Source of the DNA: an uncultured bacterium | GTDB taxonomy: Bacteria; Patescibacteriota; Saccharimonadia; Saccharimonadales; UBA4665 | Direction of reading: 5' to 3' | Length of the DNA: 64,000 bases | Assembly: GCA_963721475.1 (NCBI GenBank) | Contig: CAVRJI010000002.1 | Coordinates: 593,451 to 657,450 of the forward strand | Program-made: the position numbers and the translations under genes | Part shown: one piece after another, positions 18,060 to 27,355 of the stretch | Layout of the letters: every line of letters starts with the position of its first letter | How positions within the stretch are numbered: the stretch's first letter is position 1 | The notes under the pieces: generated by a model | Database searches by the model: none | What the model was told of the DNA's origin: nothing | The model's input: only the letters and a program-made list of their open reading frames with translations

Positions 18060-19964
18060 ATGACAAAGCAGCCCCGAGAGATATCAGAATCAATGCCAGA
18101 TCCCGCGACTGGCAGTGCAACTGGTGCCCCGGAGCTCCCAACTGATCTAGCCAAAGAGCTTGCCAAGCACCTCAAGGCAGATAGAGCAGCCAAAAAGAAG
18201 CACGAGGCAGCGGCCTCGAGTACCGACTCCCCAAAAACGGAAACCAAGGGCCAGAACGCGGTGGATGCCGCGGAAATTGAAGCGTTAAACGACCCCGACA
18301 CTGATGTTGCTGTTGATGATATCGTGCGCCAAGAATCCGATGAAGTGTTGGCAAGTGAAGACGCTGCCCGAAAACCTGCCACCCCAGAACCGCGAGGATT
18401 TTGGCGCAAGCTAGGACATTTCTTTGCGGCTTGGTGGCGTAATAAATGGGCACGTTCCATCACAATCCTACTTGTATTGGCGGCCTTGACCGCTACTGCA
18501 GTTGTGCCAACGGCGCGTTATTTTGCTTTGAATACGCTAGGTGTTCGGAGCAGTGCGTCACTGACTGTGATTGATGTGAGCACACAGCTGCCGCTCAAGA
18601 ATGTATCAGTTAGTATGGGTGGAAAAGAAGTAAAGACTGACGCTAAGGGCCGTGCCCGGCTGACAGGTTTGCGACTTGGTCACCAGACGGTCACTGTTCG
18701 GCGCATTGCGTTTGCTCCGGTGAGGCAGCATGTAACCTTGGGATGGGGAAGCAACCCCCTCGGTGATTTTGTACTTACCGCGACAGGGGCTCGCTACACT
18801 ATTACTGTTCGCGATTTTATCTCGGGCAAACCGCTCTCAACCGCCGAAGCTGACAGTGGTGTTGCTGCAGCGGTGGCTGATAAGAACGGGCTGATAACTT
18901 TGACCCTAGATGCCAATGTTGATACTAATGCGATTGTCGATATTACTATTAGTGCCCAAGACCACCGCAGCGAAACGATCAGTCTAAACCTAGCGACAAC
19001 CGAAAGTACTGCCACCGTACTCGTGCCATCAGGCAAGGAAGTCTTCTTTTCAAAACAGAGTGGCACGCGTGATGTTGTCTCTATGGACTTGGACGGCAAG
19101 AACCGCACGACGCTTTTGCCAGGCACCGGCAATGAGAATAATAATCTGTCGCTTGCGGTTGATGCGGCTGGCAAGCGTGCGGCAGTGGTTTCGACGCGTG
19201 ATGATATCCGCGATAGTGACGGCTACCGCCTGAGTACATTGACACTTGTGGACATTGCCAATGGTGTTTCTACGACACTGGATCATGCTGAACAGATCCA
19301 ACTTATTGACTGGGTCGGTACGCGGTTGATCTACGAACAAGCAATTGCTGGCGCAAGTGCCAGCAACCCCCAGCGGTACAGAATTATTTCTTATGATTAT
19401 GTTGCGAGTGCGCGAGTGCAGCTTGCCACAGCCAATCAATTTAACGCTGTCGTCAGCGCAGCGGGCATGCTGTACTATGGTGTGTCAAGTACTGACCCAA
19501 ATGCCCAAGCCGCTTTCTTTCGGGTCCGACCAGACGGCACGGGGCGTCAGACGGTATTGAACAAAGAGACCTGGAGCGCATTCCGCACTGACTACAGGAC
19601 CCTCAGGCTCCAAACGCCTGACGGCTGGTATCAGTACGAGCTGAATGGTACTCCCCAAAAGAGCGCCCCTGCTACAGATTTCCAGAGCCGTATCTATGCA
19701 AGCAATGGGGACCACAACCTATGGGCAGAGAACCGTGTTGGTCTTGGCACGCTCGTCAATTACACAGCATCAAATAACAAAGATACCGTGCTGCGTGCTC
19801 AGGCAGGGCTAAACTATCCTATCCGGTGGCTGAATAGCGACACGGTTATATACCGTGTCGCAACAGCTCAAGAGGTCGCGGACTATGCGTTGTCTCTGAG
19901 CGGCGGTGAGCCCAAGAAGATTGTCGATGTCACTAACTCATACGGTTTTAGCCAGACTAACTGA
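18060..19964 (+). CDS. membrane-anchored extracytoplasmic protein, beta-rich (function unknown)
   Basis: 634 aa. Charged, disordered N-terminus, a single TM helix (ITILLVLAALTATAVV), then long beta-rich regions. A carboxypeptidase-regulatory/TolB-like character is only an impression. Confidence 0.65.
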   Translation: MTKQPREISESMPDPATGSATGAPELPTDLAKELAKHLKADRAAKKKHEAAASSTDSPKTETKGQNAVDAAEIEALNDPDTDVAVDDIVRQESDEVLASEDAARKPATPEPRGFWRKLGHFFAAWWRNKWARSITILLVLAALTATAVVPTARYFALNTLGVRSSASLTVIDVSTQLPLKNVSVSMGGKEVKTDAKGRARLTGLRLGHQTVTVRRIAFAPVRQHVTLGWGSNPLGDFVLTATGARYTITVRDFISGKPLSTAEADSGVAAAVADKNGLITLTLDANVDTNAIVDITISAQDHRSETISLNLATTESTATVLVPSGKEVFFSKQSGTRDVVSMDLDGKNRTTLLPGTGNENNNLSLAVDAAGKRAAVVSTRDDIRDSDGYRLSTLTLVDIANGVSTTLDHAEQIQLIDWVGTRLIYEQAIAGASASNPQRYRIISYDYVASARVQLATANQFNAVVSAAGMLYYGVSSTDPNAQAAFFRVRPDGTGRQTVLNKETWSAFRTDYRTLRLQTPDGWYQYELNGTPQKSAPATDFQSRIYASNGDHNLWAENRVGLGTLVNYTASNNKDTVLRAQAGLNYPIRWLNSDTVIYRVATAQEVADYALSLSGGEPKKIVDVTNSYGFSQTN

Positions 19965-19990
19965 GTTTGATTCTTGGTACAATAGACCCG

Positions 19991-20845
19991 ATGCAATTAA
20001 AAGATTTTCAGATGCAAGTGTGGGAATATTATTTGTCACATGGCCGGCACGACATGCCGTGGCGTCAGCCAGAAGCAAACGGCGACTTTGATCCCTACAA
20101 AATAATGGTCTCAGAGATCATGCTTCAACAGACACAGGTGCAAAGAGTAATACCGAAGTTCTTGGCTTTTACTGAGCAGTTTCCGACTGTGGCCGCGCTC
20201 GCTGAAGCTCCTTTGGCTCAAGTGCTTGATGCGTGGAGTGGCCTAGGGTATAACCGTCGGGCTAAGTTCTTGTGGCAAGCAGCAAGTGTGATCGCGCACG
20301 AACATCAAGGACGATTTCCGCGAGCCACCGAAGCACTCGTCGGCCTTCCTGGTATCGGAATTAATACAGCAGGCGCTATTATGGCCTATGCTTTTGACGA
20401 GCCCGTAACGTTTGTGGAGACCAATGTTCGAACGGTTTTTATTCATCATTTTTTTGCTCATGCCGAACAGGTTACTGACGCTGAGATTCGGCAGTATGGT
20501 GACGCACTGATTGACCTCTTGCGTCAAGATCCAAGTGATGAGCTTACGCCGCGTATCTGGTATTGGGCTCTGATGGACTACGGAACGTACCTTAAGCAGG
20601 TTGCCGGCAATGCCAGTCGCCGAAGTGTTTCATATGCCAAGCAGTCGCGCTTCGAAGGTTCGCGCCGCCAGATCCGTGGAGCAGTACTTCGCACTTTACG
20701 TGATGCACCTATGCGTCAAAATGATCTTGCTGAATGTATTGAGGACGACCGACTTCAGTCTGTTATTGAGGATCTTGTCAAAGAGAAAATGATCTCGTTA
20801 AATGGCGAGCATTATCAATTAGGCGACATGATGGTACAATTTTAA
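19991..20845 (+). CDS. MutY/Nth-like HhH-GPD glycosylase lacking the Fe-S cluster cysteines
   Basis: Start chosen at the ATG 7 nt after TGgTACAAT. Shows MutY-like motifs MPWRQ, VSEIMLQQTQV, GLGYNRRAKFLW and LPGIGINTAGAIMAYAF. Only one Cys in the whole protein, so no C-x6-C-x2-C-x5-C loop. Confidence 0.75.
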   Translation: MQLKDFQMQVWEYYLSHGRHDMPWRQPEANGDFDPYKIMVSEIMLQQTQVQRVIPKFLAFTEQFPTVAALAEAPLAQVLDAWSGLGYNRRAKFLWQAASVIAHEHQGRFPRATEALVGLPGIGINTAGAIMAYAFDEPVTFVETNVRTVFIHHFFAHAEQVTDAEIRQYGDALIDLLRQDPSDELTPRIWYWALMDYGTYLKQVAGNASRRSVSYAKQSRFEGSRRQIRGAVLRTLRDAPMRQNDLAECIEDDRLQSVIEDLVKEKMISLNGEHYQLGDMMVQF

Positions 20846-20854
20846 CAGTACTAT

Positions 20855-21232
20855 ATGGAACCAACACCTCAACCGAAACCAGTTATGGACGTTAAGGCGC
20901 CTGCGAAAGCAATTGCACCGCCATTGCCCGCGGCGCAGCCTGTTGCTACACCTGCCGTAGCAACAGCTGATTCGCCAAGGCCTTCTCAACCACAGACACC
21001 ACCTGTTGGAGAACATCCGAATGCTTTACCAATGCACAAAGCTCCTGCTGAAGACGATACACCAGAGCATGCGCCTGGCGGAACTCCAGAGCAGGATGCC
21101 GTGACTTTACCACCGCCTCCCACGCCAAAGGTTTCCAAGGTAGCCCACGGCCCGACGGCAGCCGTCACTTTGACCTTGATCGCGATGATCGCACTGAGCA
21201 CTTTAGCAATTTACATGTACACACAATCCTAA
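20855..21232 (+). CDS. proline-rich tail-anchored membrane protein
   Basis: 125 aa. Pro/Ala-rich low-complexity region followed by a C-terminal TM helix (VTLTLIAMIALSTLAIYMY). Confidence 0.55.
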   Translation: MEPTPQPKPVMDVKAPAKAIAPPLPAAQPVATPAVATADSPRPSQPQTPPVGEHPNALPMHKAPAEDDTPEHAPGGTPEQDAVTLPPPPTPKVSKVAHGPTAAVTLTLIAMIALSTLAIYMYTQS

Positions 21233-21246
21233 GGTAATAAAAGGAA

Positions 21247-21837
21247 ATGCGCGTCTTTCATTCTTTAACTGATTTAGAACTTGTTAACACAATCCTGCAG
21301 GGTGGGGTCGGTGTTTTGCCGACCGACACCCTTTATGGGCTTGTAGCTCGTGCTGCTAATCCGACAGCGGTGGAGCGCATGTATGCCCTCAAGAGACGCA
21401 ATGAGAAGCCTGGCACAACTATTGCCGCTACGCCGGAACAGTTGGTGGATATAGGCGTTGACCCGGCTGTTGTAGCTCGCGTCGCCCAGTACTGGCCTGC
21501 ACCACTGAGTATTGTTTTGCCATTAAGTGAGCATCTCAATCATGTACACCAGGGAACCGGAGAAAGTCCTTTCCGGGTGGTCGCCAATGAAGGGCTGCAT
21601 TTGCTACTCCAAAGGACTGGCCCTCTCGTTACAAGTAGCGCCAATCAACCTGGCGAGCCGCCTGCCCGTAATATAGCTGAGGCACAAGCTTACTTTGGCG
21701 ATCGGGTTGATTTTTATGTTGATGGAGGTGATATCGGTGACCGAGCGCCATCTACGATCGCTCGACTGGCAGGTAATCAACTCGAAATAGTACGGCAAGG
21801 CGCAGCACATATTACACATGGGGGAACACAAGAATGA
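21247..21837 (+). CDS. tsaC: L-threonylcarbamoyladenylate synthase (YrdC/TsaC family)
   Basis: 196 aa with the YrdC signatures LPTDTLYGL and LVTSSANQPGEPP. Confidence 0.85.
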   Translation: MRVFHSLTDLELVNTILQGGVGVLPTDTLYGLVARAANPTAVERMYALKRRNEKPGTTIAATPEQLVDIGVDPAVVARVAQYWPAPLSIVLPLSEHLNHVHQGTGESPFRVVANEGLHLLLQRTGPLVTSSANQPGEPPARNIAEAQAYFGDRVDFYVDGGDIGDRAPSTIARLAGNQLEIVRQGAAHITHGGTQE

Positions 21838-22166
21838 CATTTGACGAATATCAGCAAAAAGCAATCGTAACGGCACTGCCATACGATGATCCACAGATGG
21901 ACAAGACAATTTGGGCTCTTGGCATTGTTGGAGAGGCCGGTGAAGTCGCTGAAAAATGGAAGAAAATCATCGCCTACCATGATGGTCGCATAACCGAGGA
22001 TGATAAGGCAGAACTTGCCAAAGAAATTGGTGATGTATTATGGTATTTAGCAGTGTTTGCCGACAGGCTTGGCGTGTCCTTTGAGGAAATTGCGGATAAC
22101 AATCTTGCAAAGCTGGCGAGCCGTCATGAAAGAGGAATAATTAAAGGAAAAGGTGATAACAGATAA
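21834..22166 (+). CDS. MazG-like nucleotide pyrophosphohydrolase
   Basis: 110 aa with the EAGEVAEKWKK and EIGDVLWYL motifs of the MazG fold. ATGA overlap with tsaC. Confidence 0.85.
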   Translation: MTFDEYQQKAIVTALPYDDPQMDKTIWALGIVGEAGEVAEKWKKIIAYHDGRITEDDKAELAKEIGDVLWYLAVFADRLGVSFEEIADNNLAKLASRHERGIIKGKGDNR

Positions 22167-22169
22167 TTT

Positions 22170-22979
22170 ATGGAATACAGTCGCTCTTTTGATGCTGATC
22201 CTTCTGCTGTCGGTGGCCCCGATCCACATCCGCGTCGTCAAGAATTCTCACGCCTCACTGGCCATTTAACCGTTAGTGAAGCAAGCCATAGCCAACCTAT
22301 CGAAAGACAGCCTCAAACGCCTGCTGTTCGGGCACCGGAGAGTGTTATTGCTGCGGCACTCGGCGGCACACAGAGCCAAGAAACAGGGACTCAAACACAA
22401 CGCAGTGAATGGCACAGCTATCAGGTTGACGCTCAGACTGGTAAGGTCGTTGATCAGCGTACATCTATGGGGCAGGCTTTTTTGCGTGAACTCCAGCCAG
22501 AGCAGATGATGTCGAGCCCAGCCCAAGACGATGATTCTGGCGATCAACAGCAGATTATCGATACTCAGCAGGTCGCCCAAAGCGCGCCAGTCCGCACATC
22601 AGCAGCATCACCCCGAACTAACGTCGTGCTGTCGCCAGCTCCAGATCAATCGGCATATCCAATCGGCACGCCTCAAACGAATGCTTCAACGGCGACACCA
22701 CCTATTACGCCAGTCGCCTCAATAGTAACATCGCCAACACCCGTGATTGTCCCATCTATCCCAGCAACCCAAAATCGTCGCCCTCAATTTAGCCAACCAT
22801 ATGCCACATCGACAGCCGCCTCATCACCGGTTGAACCGATGCTCCCCCCGGGGCCTGCTATGCACGTTGATGACCAACATTTGCTGCCAGCGCCCCAAAG
22901 TAGCCTCGCAAAAATCGTAAAGAGTCCATGGCTGTGGCTTGTTGTCGGTATTGGTATGATTGTCTATTTCACGCGCTAG
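22170..22979 (+). CDS. low-complexity (P/Q/S/T-rich) protein with C-terminal TM helix
   Basis: 269 aa with biased composition and a C-terminal hydrophobic helix WLWLVVGIGMIVYF. Confidence 0.55.
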   Translation: MEYSRSFDADPSAVGGPDPHPRRQEFSRLTGHLTVSEASHSQPIERQPQTPAVRAPESVIAAALGGTQSQETGTQTQRSEWHSYQVDAQTGKVVDQRTSMGQAFLRELQPEQMMSSPAQDDDSGDQQQIIDTQQVAQSAPVRTSAASPRTNVVLSPAPDQSAYPIGTPQTNASTATPPITPVASIVTSPTPVIVPSIPATQNRRPQFSQPYATSTAASSPVEPMLPPGPAMHVDDQHLLPAPQSSLAKIVKSPWLWLVVGIGMIVYFTR

Positions 22980-23024
22980 ATAAATGTTCTTCTGGACGCA
23001 GCGAAGTGGGCAGAGTGGTGGAGG

Positions 23025-24335
23025 TTAATCTTGGAAGTTCTTACGGAGCCATTCATCCAGGCTGCCACCGCCACCGCCAGCCATCCCTACGACCATCTCG
23101 CCCGCAGCGAGGTGGTTTTTGATGTGCTCAAGCAGTGCATCATTTTGCTCGGCCGGTACAGCAATTTGGGGGTTGCTAAGGTGCTTAATAAGCTCTTGGG
23201 GCGTCAGTATGGTCTGATCCGGGTCTTCACGCGCTAGATAGCTTGGCAGCCAGTATACTTTTGTGGCTCCATCGAAGCAATCAGTATATTGGTCGTACAT
23301 GTAGTGCTGTCGGCGATTCGTCAGCGGCTCATACAGGACAACGAGTCCTTGGCCCTTGCGGTCGGATTGCTCAAGAGCGGCACTCATGGCCCCTCTGATT
23401 TTCTCGGGGGTATGTGCGTAGTCGCTGTAAAGATCGGGTGCAATCATTTCCATACGACGTTGCAGGCCAGGGAAAGCGTTCATGGCGCTTACAAGCTCGG
23501 ATATGGAACGGCCAGAAATCGTGTGAACTGTCTGTATCGCCAGCCATGCATCAAGCCGATTAAAGCGCCCCAGCAGGGTCAGGTCGTCGATGTCCGGGCT
23601 GTCGCTTGATTCAATATGTAAGTGATCCTTGCCGACACTCTCACCGTTATCAAGTCCAAGATAGCTCGCGTCTTCTTGCCACAAAACCGTGTGTCTGCTT
23701 TGGGAAATAAACTCCACAAAGGCTTGCTGATAGTCTTCTCGGGTGGGGAAGATTTCGTGGTGATCCCAGCTGACGCCGGTGATTAAGCTGATGTGGGGTT
23801 CAAAGGCTAGAAAGTTACGATCAAATTCGTCACACTCATACACAAAGTACTTCGATTCTGGTACGTATTGTCCCATTTCTCCAAAACTAATCTTTGCACC
23901 AACAGAATAGCTAATCGGTAGTCCGATCTGCTTGCAAAGCCAGATGACCATAGAGGTTGTTGTTGTCTTGCCATGGGTTCCTGCCACGGCTACCAGGTGT
24001 AGCTTTTTGGTGGTGATGACCTCGTTCAAAAGCTCATCGCGCTTGCTCATGTGGATATTGTTTTCTCGGCAGAAGACGAGTTCTGGGGCGTCGGGATTTT
24101 CGATCATGATAGCCGAAGAATAGACATACCAATCAATAGGGTTCGATGCATGCCGGCTGGCAATATTTTCGGCTGTTTGGCTGATATGGATGTCGGTAAC
24201 GCCGTGTTTTCGAAGATAAGCAATGTACTGGGAATCCTGCTTATCGGAACCAGAAACCGTGAATCCTGCTTGTTTTGCAATAAGCGCCAAAGGACCGATT
24301 GCGGTACCGCCAATACCAGAGAAAAAGATATGCAT
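23025..24335 (-). CDS. Mur ligase family protein (MurC/Mpl-like)
   Basis: Start chosen at MHIFFSGIGGTAIGPLA, a Rossmann-type N-terminus. Has the P-loop AVAGTHGKTTTTSM. The 30-codon upstream extension is rejected. Confidence 0.85.
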   Translation of the reverse strand: MHIFFSGIGGTAIGPLALIAKQAGFTVSGSDKQDSQYIAYLRKHGVTDIHISQTAENIASRHASNPIDWYVYSSAIMIENPDAPELVFCRENNIHMSKRDELLNEVITTKKLHLVAVAGTHGKTTTTSMVIWLCKQIGLPISYSVGAKISFGEMGQYVPESKYFVYECDEFDRNFLAFEPHISLITGVSWDHHEIFPTREDYQQAFVEFISQSRHTVLWQEDASYLGLDNGESVGKDHLHIESSDSPDIDDLTLLGRFNRLDAWLAIQTVHTISGRSISELVSAMNAFPGLQRRMEMIAPDLYSDYAHTPEKIRGAMSAALEQSDRKGQGLVVLYEPLTNRRQHYMYDQYTDCFDGATKVYWLPSYLAREDPDQTILTPQELIKHLSNPQIAVPAEQNDALLEHIKNHLAAGEMVVGMAGGGGGSLDEWLRKNFQD

Positions 24336-24401
24336 AGCTCCAGTGTACCACGACCCCATATATGGTACACTGGTAAAAGCTTGTGGTAAAAACCGAAGAA
24401 C

Positions 24402-25010
24402 ATGAATAAACAGTATTGGCATCACATCTGGGTAACACGCATTCGTCCAATCAAGGTATGGTACTTGATTGTCATTTTGCTAACGAGCGCTTTGGTGTGT
24501 GTGATTTCACTTCGCCATAACAATCAACAGATGGGTAAACTGCGTGATGCAGTTTATGTTGCCGACGAGAACAATAGTGACGTGGTTGGTGCTCTCCAGC
24601 AGTTGCAAACGTATGTCGGAGCACATATGAATACGAGTCTGACAGCAGGCAGTTCAGTGTATCCGCCAATACAATTAAAATTCACCTACGAACGCTTGCA
24701 GGCCGAGGCTAATACGAAATACAACCAGGCTAACGCTGCTATATACACCGAAGCACAAAAATACTGCGAAGAACAAAACTCGCACGACTTTTCTGGTCGT
24801 AATCGCGTACCTTGTATCGAACAATACGTTGCGAGCCATGGAGTTTCACCTTCGGCGTCAATACCCGACGGGATGTACAAGTTCAACTTTTCCTCGCCAT
24901 CATGGTCACCCGATGCCGCTGGCTGGAGTCTTGTCTTTAGTATGGTAATGGCCGTAGTGATACTTCTTCGCTTGTTATTGGGTTGGCTGCTGCCAAAAGT
25001 TACCAAATAG
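24402..25010 (+). CDS. membrane protein, function unknown
   Basis: 202 aa with TM helices near both the N- and C-termini and a soluble middle region. Confidence 0.55.
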   Translation: MNKQYWHHIWVTRIRPIKVWYLIVILLTSALVCVISLRHNNQQMGKLRDAVYVADENNSDVVGALQQLQTYVGAHMNTSLTAGSSVYPPIQLKFTYERLQAEANTKYNQANAAIYTEAQKYCEEQNSHDFSGRNRVPCIEQYVASHGVSPSASIPDGMYKFNFSSPSWSPDAAGWSLVFSMVMAVVILLRLLLGWLLPKVTK

Positions 25011-25015
25011 CAAGA

Positions 25016-26143
25016 CTAAGCGTTAAATAGGCCATATTCGTAGACCGCGACAAGTGCAGCATGCTGCTGGCTCTGTAAGTTACTGATAGGCTGCTCCTTG
25101 GTGGTCTGAAGCACGGGGCATTTAAACATGACGCCCCACAAGGCCTCTTCTAGATAGGATATATCATCGTCAGTACCAGGCCATTTGCCGGGCCACCTCT
25201 TATGTCCAAAAACGCGCTGAGCAGCTGCTTTCGCGCTTTGCTTTCGAAGTGCAAAATTGTCCTCTGTCTCGTCGGGTAATCTGCTCACTGGTATTTCGCT
25301 ATACAGATGCCTGCCTGCATATGGACCTTCTGAAATGCGTGTAATCTCTCCTTCAAGATCGGCAATCCCTACTGGTAGCAGATCGGAAATGTTTTGAGCG
25401 GCTCTCTTAAGTCCCAAGTAACTTAACTCATGAGCAACTTGCAATTTTTTCTCTGGGCTATAGCCGCCCGTAAGTGGATCGTCGTTGACTAGCATGGCTA
25501 GCTCAGGGGCAGTGGATGTAAGGGCGCCGCCATTCATTGCAGCAGCGAGATCATCAGCAGTTGCTGGGGCACCATGCAGCTCTACGCCGTATGTATCTAC
25601 AAAGAAGCGGCTCAGCTGTTTATTGCGGTCTGAAGCATGGGAGAACCACTGATGTGGCTTAATGACCGCTTCAGCCCCCGCCCACACGTAGCCACTACTA
25701 AGCCATTCGCCAAAAATATCACCTGGTAAGGGATCTTCGAGATCGGCGGAATCTTCGACGTTGATGGGGTCTTCGAAGTGTATTCCCGTTTTGTAGCGCG
25801 CATCAAGGCCAGCACCTTCGACCATGTATGTATGTTGCGCATCAACACAGAACTTACTAAGGCTATAGCGCTCAAGCTTTACGAGCAGAGCGGTTTCCCT
25901 CTTGCTCCTATCATCTAGTTGGCTAAGCGTTTTTCGTTCGAGCTCGTCATCGCGCGTGTAGTCAAGGACGTGGCTGTTTACCTTGGCGCCAAGCTTCTGT
26001 AGTAACGCTTGTTGAACAGCAAAAGGGTCGTTCTGAAGTTCGTCGCCCAGCCCTTGGGACAGTGCTGCAGCTGTCTCGTGAAAAGCAGTAATAATTGTTG
26101 GTTTTGGGATCTCAAGTAGGCTTGACATCCACGTACCATACAA
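25016..26143 (-). CDS. hypothetical protein (orphan, acidic, soluble)
   Basis: 375-aa uninterrupted ORF with no recognised motif. Confidence 0.6.
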   Translation of the reverse strand: MYGTWMSSLLEIPKPTIITAFHETAAALSQGLGDELQNDPFAVQQALLQKLGAKVNSHVLDYTRDDELERKTLSQLDDRSKRETALLVKLERYSLSKFCVDAQHTYMVEGAGLDARYKTGIHFEDPINVEDSADLEDPLPGDIFGEWLSSGYVWAGAEAVIKPHQWFSHASDRNKQLSRFFVDTYGVELHGAPATADDLAAAMNGGALTSTAPELAMLVNDDPLTGGYSPEKKLQVAHELSYLGLKRAAQNISDLLPVGIADLEGEITRISEGPYAGRHLYSEIPVSRLPDETEDNFALRKQSAKAAAQRVFGHKRWPGKWPGTDDDISYLEEALWGVMFKCPVLQTTKEQPISNLQSQQHAALVAVYEYGLFNA

Positions 26144-26209
26144 GGATTATGCACCTTTGTCTATAAAAAATGAGCCGCAGGATGCGGCTCATTTACTACT
26201 GTAGTAGGG

Positions 26210-26893
26210 CTATTGCTTCTTGGTGGTATCCGTCGAAGTTGAGCTCGTACCTGTTGTAGCGCTACTTTGGCCTGTCGTACCGCCGGTGGTGCTACTGCTC
26301 TGGTCAGTAGTTGTCGACGAGGTTTGACAGGTTTGGCCGTTTGGATTTTGCTTGACCCATTCAGCAATTGTTTTGGCAACTTGGCCGTCATCCTTAAGAT
26401 TTTCCCAGAAGGTGACTTGGTCGCGGTTGATGACCATTTGGTCGGATGGTCCATGGAGTTCACATCCCAATTTGATAAGCGTGAAACTCTTGTCGGCTTC
26501 TGTTGTCTTGGTCTGATCTTGGCTCTGACTATTGAGGTAGAAGATGTTGTCAAGGCTGTAGTATTTGGCCGTAACAACACGCAGCTTACCAAAGTATACT
26601 TGGCCATTTGCGAGGAATACAGCTTGGTATTTGCTGGTATTAACGTACTTGCTCTCGTTTGGATTGAATGAGTACAAGAAGAAAGATACGGCAAGCGCCA
26701 GAATAGTTACTGAAAATAGAAGGATAACCTTCATTGCGCGTACCCAAGTTGGTAGGCTTTGAATTGCTTTCTTGACGCCATCCTGATGTCCAAGATGATT
26801 GCCATGCGGAACTGTAGGGGGGGTTTGCGGTGTAGGGCCTGACGAGGCTACCCTCCCTGTTTGTTGCTGACTATTCCGGCTCATGAAATCCAT
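26210..26893 (-). CDS. membrane-anchored protein with Ser/Thr-rich C-terminus
   Basis: 227 aa. Disordered N-terminus, one TM helix (VILLFSVTILALAVSFFLY), a globular region, then an S/T-rich tail. Confidence 0.6.
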   Translation of the reverse strand: MDFMSRNSQQQTGRVASSGPTPQTPPTVPHGNHLGHQDGVKKAIQSLPTWVRAMKVILLFSVTILALAVSFFLYSFNPNESKYVNTSKYQAVFLANGQVYFGKLRVVTAKYYSLDNIFYLNSQSQDQTKTTEADKSFTLIKLGCELHGPSDQMVINRDQVTFWENLKDDGQVAKTIAEWVKQNPNGQTCQTSSTTTDQSSSTTGGTTGQSSATTGTSSTSTDTTKKQ

Positions 26894-27062
26894 AATTGTT
26901 TTATTCTCCCGCCCATTAATGAGTGACTTTATAGACCTCAGTGTAATACATTAGCAGTATGAGATGCAACCGCCTCGAGAGGAAAAACGGTTGACAAACA
27001 ATTTTTAGTCAGAGTATGGTAGGGATACCATTACTAATCCATAAGAGAGGGAAAATCTAGAA

Positions 27063-27263
27063 ATGGCATATAAGCACACAAACTCTAAGGGAGTGACCTA
27101 CTACCTGAATTCAAAGAAGGTAACTCTTCGTGGTGGTAAAGAGCAGACAATTTACTACTTCAGCAAGGACGAGCGACCAGAGGGTTGTGACCTTCCTGCA
27201 GGTTATTCTGTAAACGAAAACCCACGCAACGGTTTCTTGACTGTCAAGCGCGACAACAAGTAG
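27063..27263 (+). CDS. small basic protein, function unknown
   Basis: 66 aa with AGAGGGA upstream, followed by its own terminator and preceded by a TTGACA-type promoter. Confidence 0.55.
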   Translation: MAYKHTNSKGVTYYLNSKKVTLRGGKEQTIYYFSKDERPEGCDLPAGYSVNENPRNGFLTVKRDNK

Positions 27264-27275
27264 TTCCTCACTGCC

Positions 27276-27318
27276 AAAACACCTTGGCGTCTTACGGCGA
27301 CAGGGTGTTTTTGTTTTT
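27276..27318 (+). terminator. intrinsic terminator
   Basis: Stem acaccttg/cagggtgt (one G-U pair) followed by TTTTTGTTTTT. Confidence 0.65.
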
Positions 27319-27355
27319 CCCCTCTCTATCTCTCTTCTCGGGTTTGCTATACTAA

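Noticed and set aside
25016-26143. Possible metalloprotease because of VAHELSYLG
   Set aside because: The sequence is HELSY, not HExxH. No second His or a downstream Glu/His ligand pattern was seen.
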